Shown: positions 48,541-57,874, numbered from the stretch's first letter. The stretch is DNA of 64,000 nucleotides from Candidatus Woesearchaeota archaeon (GCA_043803105.1 JAZDKJ010000006.1:192001-256000), one strand, 5' to 3'. Translations and numbers: made by a program. The notes: generated by a model not told the origin, from the sequence alone.

Positions 48541-49197
48541 TTAAATTTTTGGTTTACCTGTCGCTATAACTGTATTGCGTTTTAATCCTAGGGGGGCTGT
48601 GCCGTCAAAACTGACTTGAACATGCAGGCTAATTGTGTTTGCCGAGACACCATAGTAGAATCTGTCGCAGGTTATATTGCTCCATCCCTCATGCGTAACC
48701 TCAACCCAGTCATTCACGAATTTTGACATATTGGTTGACAAGACGCACCCTGCTGTGGCTGTCGAACCTGTCCTTGTGCCGTTAAGCATCTTAAAAAACA
48801 AATGGGCATTTGTCCCTCCAACAAATGCTGAGCTGTTCTTGAAAGTGATGTTTAGTGAGCAGTTGTTGTTTCCGATATTCCTTAACTCCAATGCCTCAGT
48901 ACAAGCCTGAAAGGTTGTAGAGCATCCACTTGTATTGATATATCCGCTCGTGTTCAGTTTGCAGGTCCTCGTTGCGTATCCGGTTCCCCAGTTGCACCTT
49001 GCCTGGCTAAAGTTAATCCAGTTTACGTCGCTTATTGTAAGACTAATGTTGCCTACTGTTTTGTTGGCTGAAGCGAATCCTGCTGCCCCCGGTTTAATCC
49101 CTGATAGTTTGTTCAGGCTTATAAGTGACCCTCCTATTGATACCACTATAGCTGATATAAGAAGTATTGTTAGTGTCTTGTTGGATATTTCTTGCAT
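48541..49197 (-). CDS. Surface protein paralog A1
   Basis: ISNKTL + hydrophobic helix; INFSQARCNWG and NIGNNNCSLNITF shared with 49503 and 50521 genes. Confidence 0.8.
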   Translation of the reverse strand: MQEISNKTLTILLISAIVVSIGGSLISLNKLSGIKPGAAGFASANKTVGNISLTISDVNWINFSQARCNWGTGYATRTCKLNTSGYINTSGCSTTFQACTEALELRNIGNNNCSLNITFKNSSAFVGGTNAHLFFKMLNGTRTGSTATAGCVLSTNMSKFVNDWVEVTHEGWSNITCDRFYYGVSANTISLHVQVSFDGTAPLGLKRNTVIATGKPKI

Positions 49198-49208
49198 TTT
49201 TTTCCTCC

Positions 49209-49442
49209 TTATGGCTTTCGTATCTCTAGGTTGATTTCTGCTTGTGTTGTTGGTTGCGGTTGTATGTTCAGTTGTATTTCTGCGTTTGCCGTCGGTATAT
49301 CTGTTGGTTGTTTGTTTGTTGTTTGTTGGCCTGGTGCTTTCGGTATATTAACACTAGTTATAAAAGCCCACGTGCTTATTACAGAGCTCATAATGACTAG
49401 CACCAACAGAATTAGTACAGTGTTTTTTGATATGTCTGTCAT
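49209..49442 (-). CDS. Small membrane protein paralog B1
   Basis: MTDISKN..L TM; ends TTQAEINLEI.KP. Confidence 0.75.
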   Translation of the reverse strand: MTDISKNTVLILLVLVIMSSVISTWAFITSVNIPKAPGQQTTNKQPTDIPTANAEIQLNIQPQPTTQAEINLEIRKP

Positions 49443-49502
49443 CCTCTTTGAACCTCCTTGAGTGCGATTCTTCCTGCCGAATAGTCGCATTAGTTGCTTG
49501 TC

Positions 49503-50159
49503 TTACACCTTTGGTTTTCCTGTTGCTATTATAGTATTGGTTCTCACTCCTGTCCTTGCCGCTGCGTCAAATTCTACTTGGACTTGGAGGGTTATTGTGT
49601 TTTGGTTTACTCCGAAGTAGAATTTGTCGCATGTGATGTTGCTGTATGCTTCTTTTGTTACTTTTACCCAGTCTGCTGATACGAATCTTGAGAAGTTTGT
49701 TGAAAGGGTGCATCCAGGTCTTATGTTTGTTGCTCCGGTCCCGTTTTGCAGTTTATAAAATAGTTTAGTGTTTGCTCCTCCTATAAATTCTGAATTGTTT
49801 TTGAATGTGATGTTTAGTGAGCAGTTGTTGTTTCCGATGTTCTTAATCTGCAGCGGTAAGCAGTTTACTGTGCTGAAGCCTGGCGAGCATCCGCTTGCGT
49901 TTATGTATGGGCTTGTGTTCAGTTTGCACATTGTTGTTGCGTAGCCTGATCCCCAGTTGCACCGTGCTTGTGAGAAGTTTATCCAGTTAATGTCGCTTAT
50001 CGTGAGTGTCACATTGCCCCTTGTTATATTTGCCGTGGCAAAGCCCGCAATGTTTTGCACTGCCGCAAGCCTGTTTAGGCTAATAAGCGATCCTCCTAAG
50101 GTAATTATGATAGCGGCAATTAGCAATATAGCCAATGTTCTGTTAGATATTTCTTCCAT
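49503..50159 (-). CDS. Surface protein paralog A2
   Basis: GGAGG RBS; shares long identical DNA tracts with the 50521 gene over the C-terminal three quarters. Confidence 0.8.
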   Translation of the reverse strand: MEEISNRTLAILLIAAIIITLGGSLISLNRLAAVQNIAGFATANITRGNVTLTISDINWINFSQARCNWGSGYATTMCKLNTSPYINASGCSPGFSTVNCLPLQIKNIGNNNCSLNITFKNNSEFIGGANTKLFYKLQNGTGATNIRPGCTLSTNFSRFVSADWVKVTKEAYSNITCDKFYFGVNQNTITLQVQVEFDAAARTGVRTNTIIATGKPKV

Positions 50160-50173
50160 TGTGTTTTCCTCCT

Positions 50174-50416
50174 TTATGGTTTTTTTATTTCTAGGTTGAT
50201 TTCCGCCTGTGTCGTTGGTGGCGGTTGTACAGGTTGTATAAACAGTTCTATCTGACCGTCTACTGCTGGCGGCATGTTTATCTGTTGTTTGATTGGTGTT
50301 TGCGCCTGTCTTTGCAGAGTGTTCACATTGGTGATGAACGCCCAGGTACCAATAACAGAGGTCAGGATAATCATTACTAATAGAACCAATATGATATTCT
50401 TGGACACGTCCGTCAT
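50174..50416 (-). CDS. Small membrane protein paralog B2
   Basis: MTDVSKN..L TM; ends TTQAEINLEIKKP. Confidence 0.75.
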   Translation of the reverse strand: MTDVSKNIILVLLVMIILTSVIGTWAFITNVNTLQRQAQTPIKQQINMPPAVDGQIELFIQPVQPPPTTQAEINLEIKKP

Positions 50417-50520
50417 TAGATCCTTTTTTAAACTATGTTTGTTGAATCCTAAATATGGTTTTTGATACTGCACATATTTAAGCTTTTCTGTGACCTGAAA
50501 CACAGGTTGCCTGACTTTGT

Positions 50521-51186
50521 CTATATTTTTGGTTTTCCTGTTGCTATTATTTTGTTGATTCTAAATCCTGTGGTTGCTGCTGCGTCAAATTCTACTTGGA
50601 CTTGGAGGGTTATTGTGTTTTGGTTTACTCCGTAGTAGAATTTGTCGCATGTGATGTTGCTGTAATATGTTTTTGTTACTTTTACCCAGTTTGCTGTTAC
50701 GAATCTTGAGAAGTTTGTTGATAGGGTGCATCCGGGTAGTGTGTTTGTTGTTCCGGTCCCGTTTTGTAGTTTGTATGATATTTTTGCGTTTGCTCCTCCT
50801 ATGAATGCTGAGCTGTTTTTGAATGTGATGTTTAGTGAGCAGTTGTTGTTTCCGATGTTTTTTATTTGTAGTGGTGCGCAGTTTGTTGTTGTGAAGCCTG
50901 ATGAGCATCCGCTTGCGTTTATGTATGGGCTGGTGTTCAGTTTGCAGGTCTTTCTTGCGTAGCCTGATCCCCAGCTGCATCTTGATTGTGAGAAGTTGAT
51001 CCAGTTAATGTCGTTGATTGTAAATGAGACGTTGCCTCCGGTTTCGTTTGTTACTGCATAGCCTATTATGGCTAAGTGGCCTTCGCCAGTGATTCGGTTT
51101 ATGCTCAGTAATGTGCCCATTACAGTCACAAAGAGCGCAACCACTGCAATGGATGCCAGAACTTTGTTGGACACGTTATTATACAT
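50521..51186 (-). CDS. Surface protein paralog A3
   Basis: VSNKVL TM; same conserved Cys pattern; ends IATGKPKI. Confidence 0.8.
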   Translation of the reverse strand: MYNNVSNKVLASIAVVALFVTVMGTLLSINRITGEGHLAIIGYAVTNETGGNVSFTINDINWINFSQSRCSWGSGYARKTCKLNTSPYINASGCSSGFTTTNCAPLQIKNIGNNNCSLNITFKNSSAFIGGANAKISYKLQNGTGTTNTLPGCTLSTNFSRFVTANWVKVTKTYYSNITCDKFYYGVNQNTITLQVQVEFDAAATTGFRINKIIATGKPKI

Positions 51187-51330
51187 ATAATGGACCCTGT
51201 ATACCCAATCTTGACATCCTCGGGAGTCTCTTTATATAAATTTTTCTACCTGCGTGTAACAATCAACCTCCACGAACAGCCTGAAACAGTCTCGCAAACA
51301 TTTATTAAATAACGCTTCTTAGTCCTTTCC

Positions 51331-51594
51331 GTGGCCACTCGAGTCAATCGCAAAAACCCTCATTATGTCTTGTTCACTTATTCGATTGATAAACTAAGGC
51401 AGAAGGATAAGGTGTTGTTTTACTATGCGCTTAAGGGCCGCAAAGGTCATTCTGGAATATTGGCAGATGATACAATAGTCCAGCTCGGGAGGACTGTAGT
51501 ACTTGTGCCGAAAAGCAAAGAACTGAAGTTTTCAAGATTCTTGAGGCAATGGAAATGTCTTTTTGACAAGCGCTACCTTGTTTTGGAGAAATAG
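51331..51594 (+). CDS. Small basic hypothetical protein
   Basis: YALKGR..GIL and LGRTVVLVP; fills the gap before psd. Confidence 0.6.
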   Translation: MATRVNRKNPHYVLFTYSIDKLRQKDKVLFYYALKGRKGHSGILADDTIVQLGRTVVLVPKSKELKFSRFLRQWKCLFDKRYLVLEK

Positions 51595-51637
51595 TAAAAA
51601 CAAAAAGTTATTTAAGATGATAGTGCTGCGGTAGAAT

Positions 51638-52249
51638 ATGTTCAAGTTGCTGGCTTCAATTCCGTTTGTTGCACTTGGAGTCTTTCTGCTCTTCCTCTTG
51701 TTTTGGAAATTTGTTTTCCTTCGTGACCCTGAACGAATTGTTCCAAAGGGCAAGGTCATTGTATCTCCAGCTGATGGAAAGGTGATAAGTGTTTTGCACT
51801 GGAAAAAAGCAAACCTAAAGCTCACCAAAGGTCTTGGCGCATTGTCAGTTTTGTGCTCTGATGTGTCGCCAGGCTGTCTTGTTGTCTCAATTTTTATGTC
51901 TCCCCTTGATGTCCATATTAATAGGATACCTTTCGATGGCAAGGTTCTAAAAGTTAGCCATAAGCCAGGCTCGTTCCGCAGCGCAAACAAGCTTGCCCTT
52001 GAGAATGAGAAGAATGAGGTACTGTTAAACACAGAGTTCGGCAGGATTAAGGTTGTCCAGGTTGCTGGCTTCTTGGCAAGGCGCATTGAATGTTGGGTTT
52101 CTGCTGGCGACATCGTAAAAAAGGGCAGTCGCTTTGGCCGCATAAACCTTGGTAGCCAGGTAGTCTTGGTCTTGCCAGACAACCTTAAGGTAAAGGTTAG
52201 ACCTAAGGACCAGGTCAAGGCTGGAGAGACCATAATAGCAACAAAATGA
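51638..52249 (+). CDS. psd: Phosphatidylserine/archaetidylserine decarboxylase proenzyme
   Basis: RDPER, SPADGKV, IFMSPLDVH.NR.P, ENE.N and LGS cleavage motif. Confidence 0.93.
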   Translation: MFKLLASIPFVALGVFLLFLLFWKFVFLRDPERIVPKGKVIVSPADGKVISVLHWKKANLKLTKGLGALSVLCSDVSPGCLVVSIFMSPLDVHINRIPFDGKVLKVSHKPGSFRSANKLALENEKNEVLLNTEFGRIKVVQVAGFLARRIECWVSAGDIVKKGSRFGRINLGSQVVLVLPDNLKVKVRPKDQVKAGETIIATK

Positions 52250-52758
52250 GCATCCTAAAACTAATCAAGCTCGCTGATGTGTTTACTGCTGCAAATCTAG
52301 TCTGCGGTTTGCTTGCAATGATATTCTCAATCAACAGCTTGTTCTTTGTTGCTTCCATCTTCTTGTTCTCTTCAGTATTTTTCGACTTTCTCGACGGCAG
52401 GATTGCGTACTTGCTCAAGGAGCAGAACAATTTTGGCAAGGAGCTTGATTCACTTAGCGATATTGTTTCATTTGGCGTTGCACCTGCAATCTTCTTTTAT
52501 TGCCTAAGCTCCAGAAGTACTGTTGTTGTTCTCTCCATTGTATTTTTTGTTGTGTGTGGGATGCTTCGGCTTGCCAGATACAATATTACCAAGACAAAAG
52601 ACTTTGTCGGAGTGCCAATCACTGTCAACGGTGTTCTATTTCCTGTGTTATATCTTTTGGCAGTCCAGGTGCCCATAATCCTCACCGCTATCCCATTTGT
52701 TTGCTTGGTTATGGGTTTTCTTATGGTTTCAAACATTACTGTTCGGCGGGTGTTCTGA
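52246..52758 (+). CDS. pssA: CDP-alcohol phosphatidyltransferase (phosphatidylserine/archaetidylserine synthase)
   Basis: DFLDGRIA, FGKELDSLSDIVSFGVAP and RLARYN. Confidence 0.93.
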   Translation: MSILKLIKLADVFTAANLVCGLLAMIFSINSLFFVASIFLFSSVFFDFLDGRIAYLLKEQNNFGKELDSLSDIVSFGVAPAIFFYCLSSRSTVVVLSIVFFVVCGMLRLARYNITKTKDFVGVPITVNGVLFPVLYLLAVQVPIILTAIPFVCLVMGFLMVSNITVRRVF

Positions 52759-53287
52759 TTTGGCCATTGTCCAGCTTCTGGCCAAGACAACCTATTTCAT
52801 GCTGCCAGCTATCATAGCCAACATCACCCCTGTTTTTTTCAGGAGGTTGCATTTTTTGGACTATCCGATTGATTTCAACTTGACTTTTAAGGGCAAGCCA
52901 CTTCTTGGAAAGAACAAGACCTTTAGAGGCATGTTTTTTGGCACTTTGGCAGCAATCCTGGTTGCTTATTTGCAATATCTATTTTCGAACAGTTGGCTAT
53001 TGACAGACTATTCACATTGGTTTGTTATTGGATTTCTTCTTGGCTTTGGAGCATTGACTGGAGATTTTGTCGAGAGTTTTTTTAAGAGGCGCCTTGGCAT
53101 TAAGCCAGGGAGAAGGTTTTTTCCTTGGGACCAGATTGATTTTGTTGTTGGTTCTCTTTTGTTTGTTTCCCTCTCTTTTGTTCCGACCTGGCCAGTTATG
53201 CTTTCAGCTTTGATAATAATTCCTTTGGGCACAATTGTCGTGGCTCATTTGGGATACTATCTTCACCTGAGGGCTGAGCGCTGGTAA
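52697..53287 (+). CDS. carS: CDP-archaeol synthase (start probably ~52760)
   Basis: PA..AN..P, PIDF, LGKNKTFRG, GD..ESFFKRR.G and DQ.D. Confidence 0.9.
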   Translation: MFAWLWVFLWFQTLLFGGCSDLAIVQLLAKTTYFMLPAIIANITPVFFRRLHFLDYPIDFNLTFKGKPLLGKNKTFRGMFFGTLAAILVAYLQYLFSNSWLLTDYSHWFVIGFLLGFGALTGDFVESFFKRRLGIKPGRRFFPWDQIDFVVGSLLFVSLSFVPTWPVMLSALIIIPLGTIVVAHLGYYLHLRAERW

Positions 53288-53345
53288 CTGCCTTCTGAGC
53301 TTGGTAGAAAATTTTATAACCTACTCTCTGTTCTTCCTGGCTTGC

Positions 53346-53467
53346 GGGCCCGTAGCTTAGTCTGGTGGAGCGCTGGTCTTATATGTCCACGTTCTAAGTG
53401 AACCAGTGGTCTGGGGTTCAAAGAGCTCTCCCTTTTTTGGAAGACCTAGAAAATCCCCGCGGGCCCA
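53346..53467 (+). tRNA. tRNA-Ile(TAT) with a canonical intron (53384-53400) and a T-loop intron (~53422-53452)
   Basis: Spliced GGGCCCGTAGCTTAGTCTGGTGGAGCGCTGGT-CTTATA|A-ACCAGTGGTCTGGGGTTCAA|ATCCCCGCGGGCCCA; TTTTATAA box upstream. Confidence 0.88.
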
Positions 53468-53502
53468 TATCTTTTCAAAATGAGAAGAACTCTTTTCACA
53501 CA

Positions 53503-53913
53503 ATGCTCTCCACCATAGAACAGCCAGGAATTTGTATTGGTCGTTACAATTTCAACAAACACAATCAACTGTATTGCTGCTTTTCAGATAATTCGCTTTT
53601 TGTGGTTCAATTCTTTGGTCCTTTCTCTTGGTTACAGTCAAAGCTTTGCAGTCTTGAGAATGTGGTTCATGAGTTCAAACTTCGCCGAAGTTTGGGTTCG
53701 ACTGAGGCTAGATATATCGCCCTTGACTTTGTCGACAACTATTCCGTGCTGAAGGAACATGAATCTCTTCATCTCCAGCATAATCTGTGCCGGGTGGATG
53801 CATGGCTCAGGATGACAACCTCTGGTCTTACAGTCCAACAGTTTCTTGCATTGAGGAGTCCTTATGCTCGACAATATGAGCATAAGCTGCAGCTAAGTGC
53901 TACAAAGACTTAG
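53503..53913 (+). CDS. Hypothetical protein
   Basis: ORF restarted at ATG 53503 to avoid overlap with the tRNA. Confidence 0.45.
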   Translation: MLSTIEQPGICIGRYNFNKHNQLYCCFSDNSLFVVQFFGPFSWLQSKLCSLENVVHEFKLRRSLGSTEARYIALDFVDNYSVLKEHESLHLQHNLCRVDAWLRMTTSGLTVQQFLALRSPYARQYEHKLQLSATKT

Positions 53914-53914
53914 T

Positions 53915-54469
53915 TCATTCGTTTTTTGTGCGCGGACCATGTTCATATAGCGCTACAAAAACCTCTTTAGGCACCTGAATCCCTGCTGCAACTAGCGCCT
54001 TTGCAAGTTCAAGCCCAGGCACCCTCTCTCCATAATCATCATCAGGTTTTGGCTGCGATAACTCTTGAAGTCTTCTCAAGGTGTAATTGCATAGGAATCC
54101 TTCATTCATGGCTATTACTTTGGTGTCAGTTCCGCTTTGATCTCTTATCTCTGAAGCAACAAAGTCTACTGCCAAGCCTTTAAGATTGTGCTGTGCAAGT
54201 TCCCAATCTATCAGGTCCTTAATTATCGTCGAGAAAGGCCTTTGAAGATATTCCTCCTTGTTGGTTGTCTTAACATGCTCGAAGAATTCAACCGATGTCT
54301 TTTCATTTCTTGTCACCTTGCCAAGGTACTGTTTCACCTTCTGTTTTGCCTGTCTCCTTTCGCTGTTCCATGAATTCTCTACAAGATAGGCAAATTCACA
54401 CTCTGCGCCGTCACCTTTTTTTCTCTTCTTTACTCGAATGAATGTCATCTCTGCACCTCTTTTGGGCAC
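53915..54469 (-). CDS. Hypothetical protein
   Basis: FIRVKK...AYLVEN.W......QKVKQYLGKV nucleic-acid-binding-like N-terminus. Confidence 0.7.
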   Translation of the reverse strand: MPKRGAEMTFIRVKKRKKGDGAECEFAYLVENSWNSERRQAKQKVKQYLGKVTRNEKTSVEFFEHVKTTNKEEYLQRPFSTIIKDLIDWELAQHNLKGLAVDFVASEIRDQSGTDTKVIAMNEGFLCNYTLRRLQELSQPKPDDDYGERVPGLELAKALVAAGIQVPKEVFVALYEHGPRTKNE

Positions 54470-54478
54470 TAGGGGTAT

Positions 54479-55045
54479 TTATTTCTTTTGCTCTGAGAAT
54501 ATTTCTGCTTGAAACGAGTATAGCTTGTTGTTCATATCCTTCCACGCATCCTTGCTTAGTCCTGCTTTTATGCATGTATGTTCAAGAAATTCTTTAGGTT
54601 GCCATTTGTATTCTTCTGCCACTTGAGGCAAGAGCAGTCCTGAGCCATATGATCCTCTTATTATTAGACCATCCTGTCCTATCCTTACTTTTGTGAGGTA
54701 TTCTTCTGGCTTCTTGACTATTATCTGTTTAGGCTTTGTGAGTACGCTGACCTCAAATCTGCAATCCTTGAACTCTTCCTCAGACAATTGTGGAAATCTT
54801 GGGTCTTCAAATGCTGCTGCCTGGCTCGCTTGCGCTATTGCCTTGTATAAAGGCATTACAGGTTCTGGGAATCCGATGCATCCACGCAATTCTCCATTCA
54901 TATACAGGGTAACAAAGCAGCCCTGGTTGTCGCAGAACTTTTTTCGGCAGTATTCATCAATGCGCACTTCCCTGTGCTCAAATACGCTTTTTACTGAGTC
55001 TTTAGCCAATTGCAGAAGTTTAATCCCCTCTTCTGAAGAAATCAT
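54479..55045 (-). CDS. AMMECR1-domain protein
   Basis: GCFVTL..GELRGCIG, DPRF and GLLLPQVA. Confidence 0.95.
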   Translation of the reverse strand: MISSEEGIKLLQLAKDSVKSVFEHREVRIDEYCRKKFCDNQGCFVTLYMNGELRGCIGFPEPVMPLYKAIAQASQAAAFEDPRFPQLSEEEFKDCRFEVSVLTKPKQIIVKKPEEYLTKVRIGQDGLIIRGSYGSGLLLPQVAEEYKWQPKEFLEHTCIKAGLSKDAWKDMNNKLYSFQAEIFSEQKK

Positions 55046-55323
55046 TTTAATTCTTTGCTTATCTTTTCCTTAAATGACTCATTAACCTTCTTTAGTCTTT
55101 TTATTGCCTCAGTTAATGCTTTTTTTGGGGCTTCTGTACTGTCTGTCTCTATTGTCATGGTTGGAATTCCAACAAGCGGATGTTTCAAATTATACCCGCT
55201 GATCTTCACATGAGGGTCGTTCCATAGCTCTTGTTTGATGCTGTTGCACACTGTGTGGTCTGCTCCTTCCAGCTCAACCACAAGCCTTGTCTTTTTGTCC
55301 TCAAGAATCCTTACCTCAACCAT
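55042..55323 (-). CDS. rpoL: DNA-directed RNA polymerase subunit L (Rpo11)
   Basis: EGADHT.CN and GY...HPL motifs. Confidence 0.93.
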   Translation of the reverse strand: MVEVRILEDKKTRLVVELEGADHTVCNSIKQELWNDPHVKISGYNLKHPLVGIPTMTIETDSTEAPKKALTEAIKRLKKVNESFKEKISKELK

Positions 55324-55578
55324 AGGCAACCCGAAACAGTGCCATATTTAAAAAGTTTTGGTTTTTAAAAAGCACTCAGCGAACTCTCACTTTTTGCCAT
55401 TTACACCTATTTTTATAGTGCCCACAATACCATTTACATCCTTCATTACAAAAAGCCACAATTCAGCCCCTTTTGCACCTTTTCTTATAGCGAATCTCAT
55501 TAATTATTGAACAATTGTGAGATTCGCTAGAATAGCAAATTGCATGCCAAAAAGTTCCATTATTTATACGATTTGCTA

Positions 55579-56199
55579 TTAGACAGTCCTTGAGAACCTA
55601 TAAGCGCTGACTTTTATCCTCAAAATTCGCCTTTTGTGGTACTTCTGCGTCATTTTAAGGGGAAATTCAAAGTCCAGCCTGTTTGTTATTCTAAACCCAT
55701 GTTCCGCAGCCAATCCTTCAGCAAAGCGTGTGCTCTCGCTTTTGTGAAACGAATAAACGATTGGTGCAATCTGGAAAGCCTTCAGGAGAAACTCCCTGTC
55801 CGCATGCTTCACCTTTGTTCCAAATGGAGGATTTTGTATTACTACCTCAACCTCTTTATTAAACGAATCAATGCCTTGATGAAGGATTTCAAATCTGTTT
55901 TCCAATCCTACGCTGTCTATGTTTTCCTTTGCCACTTGAATTGCTTGAAGGTCTCTTTCAATCATGTAAACTTTTTTTGCACCAAGGATTGATGCGCCGA
56001 TTCCAAGTAATCCCGTGCCGCTTCCAAGGTCTGCAATAATCTTTCCCTCAATATCTCCTTTCAGATATGCCTGCCACAGCACCTCTGCAGCTACTTCAGG
56101 ATCAGTTGTATACTGCTCGCTTTGTGCCTCAGGTTTTTCAAAATCCCTAAGCTTGCTTAGCACTATTGCTAAACCAGATTTTGTTATTCTTTCCTGCAT
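55579..56199 (-). CDS. METTL5-like N6-adenine RNA methyltransferase
   Basis: EQYTT..E.AA, DLGSGTG and QNPPFG. Confidence 0.92.
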   Translation of the reverse strand: MQERITKSGLAIVLSKLRDFEKPEAQSEQYTTDPEVAAEVLWQAYLKGDIEGKIIADLGSGTGLLGIGASILGAKKVYMIERDLQAIQVAKENIDSVGLENRFEILHQGIDSFNKEVEVVIQNPPFGTKVKHADREFLLKAFQIAPIVYSFHKSESTRFAEGLAAEHGFRITNRLDFEFPLKMTQKYHKRRILRIKVSAYRFSRTV

Positions 56200-56296
56200 C
56201 TGTTTGTTGTCCCATTTATTTCTTTAATAATCTTGCTCTTTTGATTTGCATCAAACTTTTTTTCTTTTTTGCAGAAAAAACCGTAAAATTTCCGGT

Positions 56297-56415
56297 AGTC
56301 CCAGCCTAGTCCTGGGACAGTCCCAACATTGTCCCAGGATTGTCCCAGGTTTTGGACATTTCTCGTCTAAATGATTGTCCCAGGATTGTCCCAGGATTGT
56401 CCCAGGATTGTCCCA
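56297..56415. repeat. 11-bp tandem repeat array (ATTGTCCCAGG)
   Basis: Exact copies at 56328, 56339, 56374, 56385 and 56396; partial at 56407; half-sites GTCCCA and an inverted copy at 56297-56325. Confidence 0.92.
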
Positions 56416-56450
56416 AAAAGCTTAAATAATGCCTTGATTTGGGTGTTTTC

Positions 56451-57110
56451 ATGGCAGTTTTTTTTGCATCCAAGAAAGATGATAAGTTTGCCACGCTCCA
56501 TCATCGCCTGACAAATTCCTTTGCTTACGTTAGGAACGATATCTCTGCCCTTAGGCGAAATGAAGAGCTCTATAAGCAATGGATAAGTTATCTTCATCAA
56601 AAACTTCAAGCCCAGGAGCGCGAGATGTCCTCGCTCATGGAACTCTTAAAACAGGTACCGAAAGCACCGCAGGATATCAAGCAGATAATCGATGAGCATT
56701 ACCATTTTGAGGACATCCTGAAAAGGATTGAACAGCTAAATCGGCAGGTTGATGAGGTCCTCGTTAAGCATCAGCCATTAAATAAAAGGCTCGAAGAGCA
56801 TCATCAGCGAATAACAAATCTTGAACAATCAAGGCCTGTTGCACACTTCAAGGAAAAGATGGTTCAAAAGATTACCAGACAGTCAAAGGATTATGTCAAG
56901 GGGCTTATCCTTTCCCTGATAAGAAAATATGATAAAGCCTCAGGCACCCAGCTTAGGGAAATTATTGTTGAAGAACAGGCTTTGTGCTCTAAATCTTCAT
57001 TCTACAGGATACTCTCTGAGCTTGAAGAGTCAAGGCAGGTGAGTGTGATTGAGGACAGCAAAGAGAAATATTATCTGCCCCTGCAACTGCGAAAGCAAGC
57101 TAAGGATTGA
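56451..57110 (+). CDS. Coiled-coil protein with C-terminal winged HTH
   Basis: SF..VR.D, long heptads, LREIIVEEQ.LCSKSSFYRILSELE. Confidence 0.75.
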   Translation: MAVFFASKKDDKFATLHHRLTNSFAYVRNDISALRRNEELYKQWISYLHQKLQAQEREMSSLMELLKQVPKAPQDIKQIIDEHYHFEDILKRIEQLNRQVDEVLVKHQPLNKRLEEHHQRITNLEQSRPVAHFKEKMVQKITRQSKDYVKGLILSLIRKYDKASGTQLREIIVEEQALCSKSSFYRILSELEESRQVSVIEDSKEKYYLPLQLRKQAKD

Positions 57111-57182
57111 GATATAACAGTTTCATAATCGAAATGTATTTAAACCAGTTGTAGTGATTTTTTTAGTGGGGGTGAAGTTGGT

Positions 57183-57713
57183 TTGTTTCAAAAGAGTGTG
57201 GACTTTAGCATTATTGAGGGAAACGTAAGAAATGCCTTCTCTAAGATTAAGGAGGAGTTTTCTGAGCATCTTGAGGCAATTAACGAGAACACCAATGAGA
57301 TCCAGGCCAACTATGAGTACCTCTGTGAGCTTGAGTCAAAGATTGACAAACTTGCTGAGCGCATTGACGAGCTCTGCATGTTCGTTAAGCATCCTAGCGC
57401 TGAAGCCTCAAAGAATGATTATAACATCTCTCCATTGACCAAGAATGAGCAGGAAGTCTTCCAGGCACTGTACGCAATGGTAAATGAGAAAGGTCAGGCT
57501 TCATATCTTGAGATTGGGAGGCGAATTGGTCTACCGGAAACTCTGGTCCAATCCTACATCACCAACCTTATTGAGAAGGGCATTCCTGTACAAAAAAGGT
57601 ATATTGGTAGTGACGTCTGGCTACTGATTGAGCAAAACTTCTGCGAGATCCAAGCCAAGGAAAACATTTTGGGCATCAGCGAAGTGATTAGTGAAAAAGT
57701 TATATTGCAATAG
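57183..57713 (+). CDS. Coiled-coil protein with C-terminal HTH
   Basis: EHLEAINENTNEIQ, LTKNEQEVF and YITNLIEKGIPV.K. Confidence 0.78.
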   Translation: MFQKSVDFSIIEGNVRNAFSKIKEEFSEHLEAINENTNEIQANYEYLCELESKIDKLAERIDELCMFVKHPSAEASKNDYNISPLTKNEQEVFQALYAMVNEKGQASYLEIGRRIGLPETLVQSYITNLIEKGIPVQKRYIGSDVWLLIEQNFCEIQAKENILGISEVISEKVILQ

Positions 57714-57874
57714 ATATTTCTTGTTGATGTTTTTAAAATATATACATTACAGTACAATATAAATATGTCATAAAGATTTAGTCATAGACTAAAAGTTTTA
57801 GTAATTAATTTCTATATAGAAAATAATGCCGAAGCCTGCCTTAGTAAACCTTTTTAAAACCATGTTGCATTACG

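Noticed and set aside
49503-51186. Surface paralogs as a second VR/TR pair
   Set aside because: Differences include many non-adenine changes and span whole genes; this is ordinary paralogy
51331-51594. Possible Cas2/VapD-like gene
   Set aside because: Size fits but no clear catalytic motif, array or cas neighbours; left as hypothetical
53398-53502. 5' extension of the 171-aa ORF
   Set aside because: Runs through tRNA-Ile; start moved to 53503
56328-56415. Possible CRISPR array
   Set aside because: Repeats are 11 bp and head-to-tail without unique spacers; no cas genes in the window
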